Positions 11,123-18,969 of a stretch of DNA of 24,055 nt are shown piece by piece. The DNA lies in the NCBI GenBank assembly GCA_046759445.1, contig JBHICG010000054.1:1-24055 (forward strand). The letters are read 5' to 3'. Numbering within the stretch: the stretch's first letter is position 1; each line of letters begins with the position of its first letter. The stretch is from Candidatus Scalinduaceae bacterium (lineage in GTDB: Bacteria > Planctomycetota > Brocadiia > Brocadiales > Scalinduaceae). Position numbers and translations under genes: made by a program. The notes below the pieces were generated by a model that was not told the DNA's origin, did no database searches, and saw only the letters and a program-made list of their open reading frames with translations.

Positions 11123-11332
11123 TTAGTTAAATAATTTTAATTTAAGAAATGTAAGGACCTGTTTGTTCCATCTGAATGCCATTTCTGCCTCTAATCACAC
11201 AAAGCATAGTTAGCTAGAAAGTATTTAATGCTTGATGCTAGTACCTTAATAAAATGAAATGTACAACACCTTCGATGTTTACCACATATGATTTTTGATT
11301 AACACTCAAACCGAGTTCTTTATTTTTGTGAT

Positions 11333-11941
11333 TTAAGGACCAGCAGTACTCGTACCTACAAGACTTCCGATAGTACTCGTACCTACTGGATTTACAGCAG
11401 CTCTCGTAACTGCAGGGCCATATTGATATATACCTTCTTTAGTTTTAGCATTCATTATAGCCACAGGAATATTTTGACCTACTTTGCCTATTGACACCAT
11501 AGTACCTCCACCAGCACTAAAAAGATTTCCTGCTGTAACTCCCATGCCAAAGCTGCTTTTTTGATATACAAATATTCCCTCTTCAAATTGTTTGCCCTTT
11601 GATTCTCTTTTTTCCTTTTTCAAAAGCTGCCTCGGTTTGCTGGTGTTAGTACCTACATTTTCATAGTCAACAGTAATATCATAGTTTTCACTTACTATGT
11701 CTGTGGTGTTATTGTCAATAAGTACAACAGTTCTATCAGACTTTCCCTTTCTGGCTATTGAACCCATCTTAAAGGATACGGATGGCACAGGATTTCCTGA
11801 TGATGCATCCACACCTGCCTGAAGTTTAACCCCCCTGAGCATATCTCCACTAGTGTTATTACTAAGGGCATCAATTGTAGATGCACATCCATAAAGCAAA
11901 CCAATCAAACCGGCTAAAATTATAAGAACATAATATTTCAT
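11333..11941 (-). CDS. Lipoprotein of unknown function (paralog 1)
   Basis: Signal peptide with lipobox LYGC. Purine-rich RBS AAGGAAGGGGAG upstream. Confidence 0.82.
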   Translation of the reverse strand: MKYYVLIILAGLIGLLYGCASTIDALSNNTSGDMLRGVKLQAGVDASSGNPVPSVSFKMGSIARKGKSDRTVVLIDNNTTDIVSENYDITVDYENVGTNTSKPRQLLKKEKRESKGKQFEEGIFVYQKSSFGMGVTAGNLFSAGGGTMVSIGKVGQNIPVAIMNAKTKEGIYQYGPAVTRAAVNPVGTSTIGSLVGTSTAGP

Positions 11942-12180
11942 TTCTCTCCCCTTCCTTAAAAATATTATTGTTAAAAAAATATTCCTACTAAACTAAATCT
12001 TTTCTTATTATACGTTTGCTCCATTACGCCTTTTAATAAAAACGTCCTCCCTCCTGCCCAACCCAACAAATCATTCTGGTATGAGAATTCTCTGATATGT
12101 AGTTGGGTTGTTTTATAGAATAATTATATTTAGTACATTCATTTGTATTTTTTAGTTTACATATAATCAAAGACTAATAA

Positions 12181-12197
12181 TGCAAAGATTATGCCGA
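12181..12197 (-). promoter_or_regulatory. Sigma-54 (-24/-12) promoter for the lipoprotein cluster
   Basis: Minus strand reads TCGGCATAATCTTTGCA, i.e. GG-N10-GC with GGCA and TTGCA cores. Confidence 0.72.
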
Positions 12198-12276
12198 TAT
12201 TTTCTCAAATATAGTGAATTTATAAGTTCTTGTCTGATAAAGAGATATGAGTATCACTAAAATTGCAACATGTTAG

Positions 12277-12319
12277 TTTGTTATGGACGCATAACAAAAA
12301 ATGTTATGAACCCGTAACA
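12277..12319. promoter_or_regulatory. Two tandem palindromic sites, probable upstream activator sequences for an enhancer-binding protein
   Basis: TTTGTTATG-GACG-CATAACAAA (12277-12298) and TGTTATG-AACC-CGTAACA (12302-12319). 23-bp period, 80-120 bp upstream of the sigma-54 site. Confidence 0.7.
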
Positions 12320-12667
12320 AAATATGTTTAATCATTTTTAGGTTAGTCCTTATCACGGCTATAACACTACCAATAAAAGTGAGGGATAAATTACAACATT
12401 ACGATTCATACATAGTCTGCATATGCGTGATCACACGCAGACAAGTAATTAGCATGTAGGTATTGCGATAGGATAATATTACTTTATAAACAGACTGTGG
12501 AAAGATTGATGTGTTAGTACTATAAACGAGTGAAGAAATGTTTGTGAAGTTGCTTTTAGCTGATGAGTAATGTTTGACTCGAAAGCGGATCCATCACAAG
12601 TTTGCGGAATAAATAAGACTTTGTTACGCCAAATATCATATATCTGTCGTATATAGCTCCAACAAAA

Positions 12668-12880
12668 CTATACCGAAAACAAACGATCCGTTATTCCTGG
12701 ATTGTATTTCTGATAAAATTGCTCTATGGTTCCATCTGCCTGTGCCTTGGAAATTAACCTCATCAGTTGAGCCTGTTCTTCATGTAGAATCTCTTGAAAT
12801 GACTTTACGTGCTTTTTGTTGGCTTTCCCAACAGGGATATTGGAATTAAAGAACCTCTGGAAAAACTTGCCAATTTCCAT
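12668..12880 (-). CDS. Small hypothetical protein (70 aa)
   Basis: Strong RBS AGGAGGAG about 7 nt before the ATG; has its own sigma-28-type promoter. Confidence 0.72.
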   Translation of the reverse strand: MEIGKFFQRFFNSNIPVGKANKKHVKSFQEILHEEQAQLMRLISKAQADGTIEQFYQKYNPGITDRLFSV

Positions 12881-12939
12881 TTTACATCTCCTCCTGTATC
12901 AAGTTTGTTAATTAATGTATATTCTATATCTTGTTATTA

Positions 12940-12966
12940 TTATCGGAATTTACAACAGAAATTTTA
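12940..12966 (-). promoter_or_regulatory. Sigma-28 (FliA-type) promoter
   Basis: Minus strand TAAA-N15-TCCGATAA versus consensus TAAA-N15-GCCGATAA. Confidence 0.65.
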
Positions 12967-13305
12967 GATTATTATTCATATCAAAATGTAATTTTTTAGA
13001 TGACACCACGATGTAAATGAATTGGAATGGCTTTTCCTTGAATTTTATAACCTTTATGGTTATTCTTATAATCCAACTTTTAGAGTTTCGTACTCCTATA
13101 ATTAAGGCATTAAGCTGATTTTACTAATAAGAAGACAAGGCCATAAAAACGATTTCAGGGTTATGATAAATAAAATTTTCAATACTACCAACTATAAGAT
13201 TGCTTCAATTTCTTTAGCCAGATTTGTAACACACTTTACTACTATATTCTGGTAAACGCCCATTTTAAATATAATTACAACATGGTCTAATAGAAAGGTT
13301 ACTTT

Positions 13306-13992
13306 GTGACTGATAAAAGAAAAACCTTGAAAAGGGATGAAATAAGAGAAATTGATCGAAAAGCTATAGAAGAATATGAGATTCCCGGCCTTATTTTGAT
13401 GGAGAATGCGGGCAGAAATGTTGCAGAAGAAATCCTAAAAATGCTTGTAAATCCAAATGATGCCAAGGTTGCAATTATTTGTGGCAAGGGAAATAACGGT
13501 GGTGATGGGTTTGTGGTAGCGCGTCACCTCTATAATAAGGGCATAAACGTTTCTGTGTATTTAACGACTAAGATATCTGATGTTCTTGCAGCGGATGGTG
13601 ATGCAGGAACAAACTTAAAGATAGTACTGAATATGAATTTAAGAATAAAGGAACTACAGAGCCTTCAGGATATTGAAGAAATTGAAAAAGAACTTCCCGG
13701 ATGTGACATTATTATTGATGCAATCTTTGGGACAGGTTTAAGTGGTGAGGTGAGGGAGCCTATAAGGTCGCTCATAAAGAAGATTAATGAAACTAACAAA
13801 CCAGTTATATCTATCGATATCCCCTCTGGATTGGATTGCGATGAAGGTGTCCCACTTGGTGTCGCCATAAAAGCAGCCAAAACAGTGACATTCGTTTCAC
13901 ACAAGTTGGGCTTCTTTAAGGAATGCGGCAAAGAATATACTGGAGAATTAATAGTATCGGATATTAGTGTGCCAAAAGAATTAATTGAATAA
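13306..13992 (+). CDS. nnrE: NAD(P)H-hydrate epimerase (stand-alone YjeF N-terminal domain)
   Basis: LMENAG, CGKGNNGGDGFVVARHL, DAIFGTG and DIPSG motifs. Confidence 0.93.
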   Translation: MTDKRKTLKRDEIREIDRKAIEEYEIPGLILMENAGRNVAEEILKMLVNPNDAKVAIICGKGNNGGDGFVVARHLYNKGINVSVYLTTKISDVLAADGDAGTNLKIVLNMNLRIKELQSLQDIEEIEKELPGCDIIIDAIFGTGLSGEVREPIRSLIKKINETNKPVISIDIPSGLDCDEGVPLGVAIKAAKTVTFVSHKLGFFKECGKEYTGELIVSDISVPKELIE

Positions 13993-14066
13993 TGAGAATT
14001 ACATATTTCAAAATACACAATAACTCGGCACAATTATTATACTGTATAAGTAGTATTTTTTCCTGT

Positions 14067-14357
14067 TTAACCAGCAGCTATTTTCCCCCCAGCTATAGCT
14101 GGTACTATCGATATCTGGTCACCATCTTTGACCTGGGTTTCTTGATTATTAAGAAATCTTATATCTTCATCATTAATATAAAAGTTGATAAACCTTCTAA
14201 TTTGTCCGTTTTCGTCACAAATACGCTCCTTAATCCCATTGCAATTTGCTTCAAGATTATCAATCACTTCCTTTATGGACTTGCCTTCAACCACAACTTC
14301 CTCCGAACCATTTGTTAAAGATCTTAAAGGTGTAGGAATTCTCACTTTTACGGGCAT
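14067..14357 (-). CDS. MoaD/ThiS/CysO-family ubiquitin-like sulfur carrier with a C-terminal extension (GG-KIAAG)
   Basis: VRIPTPLR...INFYINDEDIRFL...DGDQISIVPAIAGG followed by 5 extra residues. RBS GAGG upstream. Confidence 0.92.
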   Translation of the reverse strand: MPVKVRIPTPLRSLTNGSEEVVVEGKSIKEVIDNLEANCNGIKERICDENGQIRRFINFYINDEDIRFLNNQETQVKDGDQISIVPAIAGGKIAAG

Positions 14358-14417
14358 ATTGTTTACCTCTTTCCTTTCAATATAAGCTACGTCTGAATAT
14401 TATTTTTTATTTTCCGC

Positions 14418-14446
14418 ATTTTATTTAATCTTATACTTATTGTCAA
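14418..14446 (-). promoter_or_regulatory. Internal sigma-70 promoter for the sulfur carrier gene
   Basis: TTGACA-N17-TAAAAT on the minus strand. Confidence 0.65.
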
Positions 14447-14505
14447 TAAAGAGTTTACTGTACTACAAATGTGTAAAACCTTTTCTATTAAATGACGGTG
14501 TATAA

Positions 14506-15759
14506 TCATTGACTTTTTGTGGCACAAATCTTACTTTTCTCCATAAATGCATCAAATTCTCCTATGTTTGCCTTAATAATACTCGGTTCTTCCACCTTGC
14601 CCAACACCGCTTCCTGCGTTTTTAGACCATTGCCGGTAATACTAATAACGATAGACTCATCCCTTGGTATCCTTTCCTGTTCTAAGAGTTTCTTTGTTAC
14701 GGCTACTGTTACACCCCCAGCAGTTTCAGTAAAAATCCCTTCTGTTGATGCTAAAAGCTTTATCCCTTCTACTAACTCCTCATCAGAAACATCCTCAGCC
14801 CAGCCACCACTCTCATTAATGGCTTTTATAGAATAAAATCCATCTGCCGGGTTTCCAATTGCAATTGAATGGGCTATTGTATCAGGTTTAACAGGCTTAA
14901 TAAAATCCCACCCATTCTTAACTGCTGTAGAAATCGGGGAAGATCCGGAAGCCTGTGCGCCATAAAGTGCCGTATCTGATTCGTCAATCAATCCCAACTT
15001 TGCCATTTCTTTTATTGCCTTGCTAATCTTGATTATCAATGACCCTCCCGCCATTGGTACAACGATGTGCTTAGGGGCCTTCCATCCAAGTTGTTCTACA
15101 ATTTCATATCCATATGTTTTGGAGCCTTCAGCATAGTAAGGGCGAATGTTTATGTTAGCAAATGCCCAACCATATTTGTCTGCAATTTCTGAGCACATTC
15201 TGTTTACACCATCATAATTGCCAATTATTCCAATTACGTTTGTTCCGTAAATTGAGGTGCCAATAACTTTACCCTGCTCAAGGTTGGCAGGCATAAAAAT
15301 ATAGCTCTTAAAGTTGCCCTGAACTGCTTGTGAAGCAACTGAATTTCCCAGGTTACCAGTAGTAGCGCATGCAACAGTGTCGAATCCAAGCTCTCTGGCC
15401 TTTGAAAGGGCGGCGGACACTACTCTGTCCTTGAAAGAAAATGTAGGGAAGTTTACTGAATCGTTCTTTACATAAAGTTCATCTACGCCAAGTTTTTTGG
15501 CTAAGTTATCTGCCCTGATTAGTGGCGTATAACCAACCTGCAATCCCACGGTAGGTTCACCATCTAGTGGCATTAGCTCTTTATACCTCCACATGTTATT
15601 TTGACGAGATTCAATCTTTTCTCTGCTGATTACCTTTTTTATTTCTTCATATTCATAATCTACTTCCAATGGGCCAAAACAAAAACTACAGACATGAATC
15701 GGTTCTTTAGGGTAAGTTTTTTTACATTCCCTGCATTTAAGTCCTTTAACAAAACTCAT
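14506..15759 (-). CDS. thrC: Threonine-synthase-like fold-type II PLP enzyme (possibly an O-phosphohomoserine sulfhydrylase)
   Basis: N-terminal CxxC...CxxC, PLP lysine motif PTFSFKDR, ATTGN, PMAGG, ITGNGLK. Confidence 0.85.
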   Translation of the reverse strand: MSFVKGLKCRECKKTYPKEPIHVCSFCFGPLEVDYEYEEIKKVISREKIESRQNNMWRYKELMPLDGEPTVGLQVGYTPLIRADNLAKKLGVDELYVKNDSVNFPTFSFKDRVVSAALSKARELGFDTVACATTGNLGNSVASQAVQGNFKSYIFMPANLEQGKVIGTSIYGTNVIGIIGNYDGVNRMCSEIADKYGWAFANINIRPYYAEGSKTYGYEIVEQLGWKAPKHIVVPMAGGSLIIKISKAIKEMAKLGLIDESDTALYGAQASGSSPISTAVKNGWDFIKPVKPDTIAHSIAIGNPADGFYSIKAINESGGWAEDVSDEELVEGIKLLASTEGIFTETAGGVTVAVTKKLLEQERIPRDESIVISITGNGLKTQEAVLGKVEEPSIIKANIGEFDAFMEKSKICATKSQ

Positions 15760-15781
15760 TTTTATTCTCCAAAATATAGTA

Positions 15782-15828
15782 ATAAAAAAGCCTCTTCTTA
15801 TTACAAAGATAAGAAGAGGCTTTTTTAT
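15782..15828 (-). terminator. Intrinsic terminator of the SAM riboswitch expression platform
   Basis: 20-bp perfect inverted repeat ATAAAAAAGCCTCTTCTTAT / ATAAGAAGAGGCTTTTTTAT ending in a U-run. Its 5' arm contains CTTATC, which can pair with the P1 3' strand (antiterminator). Confidence 0.9.
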
Positions 15829-15836
15829 ATCCTTAT

Positions 15837-15940
15837 CTTATCTTTCCCTATCAGGTAGGAATTAGCACCGACATTCAAACATTCGTTAGAACCGGTTGCT
15901 GTGGTTTCTCAGGGCCATTCCCTCCACCACTCTAGATAAG
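15837..15940 (-). ncRNA. SAM-I (S-box) riboswitch
   Basis: Minus strand CTTATCTAGAGTGGTGGAGGGAATGGCCCTGAGAAACCACAGCAACC...GGTGCTAATTCC...GGAAAGATAAG matches the S-box P1-P4 consensus. Confidence 0.95.
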
Positions 15941-15955
15941 TCTTAGGTTTTTAGA

Positions 15956-15984
15956 ATTTTAGATAAAATTCAACACAAAGTCAA
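15956..15984 (-). promoter_or_regulatory. Sigma-70 promoter of the riboswitch leader
   Basis: TTGACT-N17-TAAAAT directly upstream of the aptamer. Confidence 0.75.
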
Positions 15985-16022
15985 CAAAATATTTGTGTGT
16001 GAAATATTTATGTACTCTAGAT

Positions 16023-17366
16023 TTAAATATCGGAAATATGCCTGATCACCATTCCCGTCATAAGCTTAGGATAGAAATAGGTCGCTTTAGGTGGCATCTT
16101 GTGCCTCTTAATTGCTATGTCTCTCACCTGGTCTATTCTCGTTGGATTGAGGAAAAAGGCTATTTGGTATTCCCCTTCGTTTACGGATGCAACCGCATCT
16201 TCTACGCCTTGAATATATTTAACACTTTCTGATTTCGAAATATTTTTTGCCTGTATGCCGAGTATCCTGTCAAATATGAATCCATGTAAGATTCCGGTAT
16301 CAATAGTCTTCCATTCGGTGTATTCGTCTGTTAAAATTTGATCGAGAAGTTTTTCATCACGCAGCGTCAGTATATAGAACTTCTTCTCGCCTTCACCTAT
16401 GTACATGGAAAGCTTATGTTTATGAGCATCTTCACTGAGTTTCTGCATCAATGTTTCTACACTACAATCATTTCCCATGTCACTTATATCAAAAACCTCA
16501 TTTAAGGAATTTTTTATCTTCTCCGGTTTAAGGTCTTTTATATTTCTGGCCAATCTATGTGTTGGCAAAATTTGAAGTCCTGGGTCCTCCATAGAGACGC
16601 ACATCATCATTACATAATCAGATGGTGAATTACCATTACTTTTCATTGCCTCTTCGTTGCCCCTTATCAAGTCTCTATAAAATAAAGCTGTTTCATAACG
16701 ATGATGGCCATCTGCTATAAACAATGCCTTGTTCTTCATTTGTGACGATATTTCTTCGATGATTTTATTGTCCTTTATAATCCAAAGTAGATTTTTTACA
16801 CCAAAGCCATCTATAAAATCAACTTCTGGTGTTATGCTGGTTCCGGGATCTCCTTCAGATACTTTATGTAAGAGGTTTGATATTTTACTATCTTCGTCTT
16901 CAAAGAAGGCAAATACCTGACTGAAATTTGCGTTACAAGATTTCATCAAATTCATCCTGTCTTCTTTTGGTTTTGCAAGTGTGTGTTCATGCGGATATAT
17001 TTGTCCGGTCTCAAACTCTTCTAATTTTACCAAAGAGATGAACCCCCTTCTTACATATCTTTTATTATCTAACGTAAACTCTTGAGCATAAACATATATT
17101 GCGGGTTCAGTATCCTGGATTAGAATATTCTCTTTTCGCCATGTATCGAAAAATTCTGCCGCCCTTATATATTTGTTGGACGATTGATTATCGTCAGGAA
17201 AATCCCTGCCCAGGATTAGTCTGATTATGTTGTTTGGATGGAGCTGATAATAACCTTCTTTATCCTCTTCAGATATTATGTCATAAGGGGGAGTTATTAC
17301 TTTTGAAATGTCCTTTATTTTTTCAGGATTATATCTTAATCCTTTGAAAGGTAATATTGTCGCCAT
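16023..17366 (-). CDS. DUF1015 family protein (ParB/Srx-like nucleotide-binding core)
   Basis: PFKGLRY, PPYDII, IYPHEHT, IADGHHRYETA, ILPTHR, MPPKATYFYPKL motifs. Confidence 0.9.
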   Translation of the reverse strand: MATILPFKGLRYNPEKIKDISKVITPPYDIISEEDKEGYYQLHPNNIIRLILGRDFPDDNQSSNKYIRAAEFFDTWRKENILIQDTEPAIYVYAQEFTLDNKRYVRRGFISLVKLEEFETGQIYPHEHTLAKPKEDRMNLMKSCNANFSQVFAFFEDEDSKISNLLHKVSEGDPGTSITPEVDFIDGFGVKNLLWIIKDNKIIEEISSQMKNKALFIADGHHRYETALFYRDLIRGNEEAMKSNGNSPSDYVMMMCVSMEDPGLQILPTHRLARNIKDLKPEKIKNSLNEVFDISDMGNDCSVETLMQKLSEDAHKHKLSMYIGEGEKKFYILTLRDEKLLDQILTDEYTEWKTIDTGILHGFIFDRILGIQAKNISKSESVKYIQGVEDAVASVNEGEYQIAFFLNPTRIDQVRDIAIKRHKMPPKATYFYPKLMTGMVIRHISDI

Positions 17367-17430
17367 TATTTGCTTCTAAAAGTTTTATAGGTTCTTAATA
17401 AATACTTATATTGATATTGTTATAGCCGTA

Positions 17431-17459
17431 ATTGTATAAAAATAGGATTTGGTTGTCAA
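17431..17459 (-). promoter_or_regulatory. Sigma-70 promoter for the DUF1015 gene
   Basis: TTGACA-N17-TACAAT on the minus strand. Confidence 0.7.
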
Positions 17460-17708
17460 ATTTAGAGTAGAGATTGAAATGCTCTTAAGAAGGTTAGATA
17501 CTTTTTCCCTGGATGCTTGCTAACCTATGACCTATATCTCTAATAGGTAATCTCGTTTTTATACATCACGGCTTTGAAAATTTTACTTATATCTGTAAAA
17601 TATGAGTCATAGAGTAAAATGAGAAAAAGGATTGCATTTTCAGATGGGTTCTTATAATATCCAAAATTCTAAAAAGGCAATCCTTTTCATATAAATAAAG
17701 GAGATAAC

Positions 17709-18320
17709 ATGGCTGAGCAAAAAGCTACTAATATTAAATGGCATCATGGCAAGATCACAAAAGAGGACAGACGCAAACTGATGAAACAAAGAGGCGTGAC
17801 CATATGGCTAACTGGGTTGTCAGGTTCGGGAAAATCAACTATTGCGGTTGAACTTGAGCATGCCCTGGTTGAGAACAAACATCAGGCATACATCCTTGAT
17901 GGTGACAACATACGTCATGGCCTGAATAAAAATCTTGGGTTTTCGCCCGAAGATCGTTCTGAGAACATTCGCCGCATTGGCGAGGTTGCAAAGCTGTTTA
18001 CGGATGCAAACATTTTAACAATAACGGCATTTATATCGCCATACAAAGAGGACAGAGACAATGCAAGGGCATTGCAGAAAGAGGGAGAATTTATAGAGGT
18101 TTATGTAAAATGCCCCCTTGACGTATGTGAGCAACGTGATACAAAAGGGCTATATAAAAAAGCCCGTGCAGGCGAGGTCAAGGAATTCACAGGCATATCG
18201 GCGCCTTATGAAGAGCCTTCAGATCCTGAGTTAACGATTGATTCATCAGAGTTGTCCATTGAGGAATCAACGAGAGCAATATTGAACTACCTTGAAGAAA
18301 AGGGGTTTGTTAAGTTTTAA
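17709..18320 (+). CDS. cysC: Adenylyl-sulfate (APS) kinase
   Basis: [58 protein letters not shown] upstream. Confidence 0.97.
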   Translation: MAEQKATNIKWHHGKITKEDRRKLMKQRGVTIWLTGLSGSGKSTIAVELEHALVENKHQAYILDGDNIRHGLNKNLGFSPEDRSENIRRIGEVAKLFTDANILTITAFISPYKEDRDNARALQKEGEFIEVYVKCPLDVCEQRDTKGLYKKARAGEVKEFTGISAPYEEPSDPELTIDSSELSIEESTRAILNYLEEKGFVKF

Positions 18321-18409
18321 TGTCTTAACTCGTTCACTGATATGCCGATATGGCTCCCTAATCTGTATATCATGATGTCAAGACATTTTAACATGAAAGG
18401 AGAAATGTT

Positions 18410-18838
18410 ATGTCAAATAGAAGAGTGTTCCTGAAATCATCATTAGCTGTAGCCGCCGGTTTAGCTGTTGGTCACATATCCCCTGTGTCGGCTGATTCCG
18501 TTTCGTTTCCCAATGGTATTGTCTATACAAGGACAAACCCGGGTAAATGGTCAAAGAAGGTCAATGGACATGTTCCAAATGTCAAAGTGGAAGGAAATAA
18601 GGTAACAGTTACAACTACTCATGGCATGACTGACGAACATTATATTGTGAGACATACGATAGTCTCCAAAAACGGTGACGTCCTGGGTGAAAAGACTTTT
18701 TATCCATCTGATTCAGAAGCAAAATCAGTATTTGAGTTATCTGATATTAGCTCTAAATATGTATGGGTCCCCACAACACTTTATGCAACAAGCTTCTGCA
18801 ACAAACATGACCTTTGGGTCACTGAGTTCGAGGCATAG
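18410..18838 (+). CDS. Tat-exported superoxide-reductase-like (desulfoferrodoxin Fe(II) domain) protein
   Basis: Twin-arginine signal NRRVFLK...VSA. Iron ligands HVP, HGM..EHYI and CNKH. Confidence 0.85.
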   Translation: MSNRRVFLKSSLAVAAGLAVGHISPVSADSVSFPNGIVYTRTNPGKWSKKVNGHVPNVKVEGNKVTVTTTHGMTDEHYIVRHTIVSKNGDVLGEKTFYPSDSEAKSVFELSDISSKYVWVPTTLYATSFCNKHDLWVTEFEA

Positions 18839-18969
18839 AAATCAACAATAGTCGCACAAAAAACTGATGAGACTCTTCATTTTGGTAATCTAATGGATGA
18901 TGTGGAAGGGTTATTGATTACAATTTGCACTCCAATCTTTGAGATTTCAGCAAATTTACTCAATCTTCA

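Noticed and set aside
12542..12599. Hammerhead-like core CTGATGAG...CGAAA inside an irregular hairpin
   Set aside because: Stem II has only one pair and there is no room for stem I (4 nt between the putative cleavage triplet and CUGA). It is at most a plain hairpin.
18864..18900. Second CTGATGAG motif
   Set aside because: No stem II followed by GAAA.
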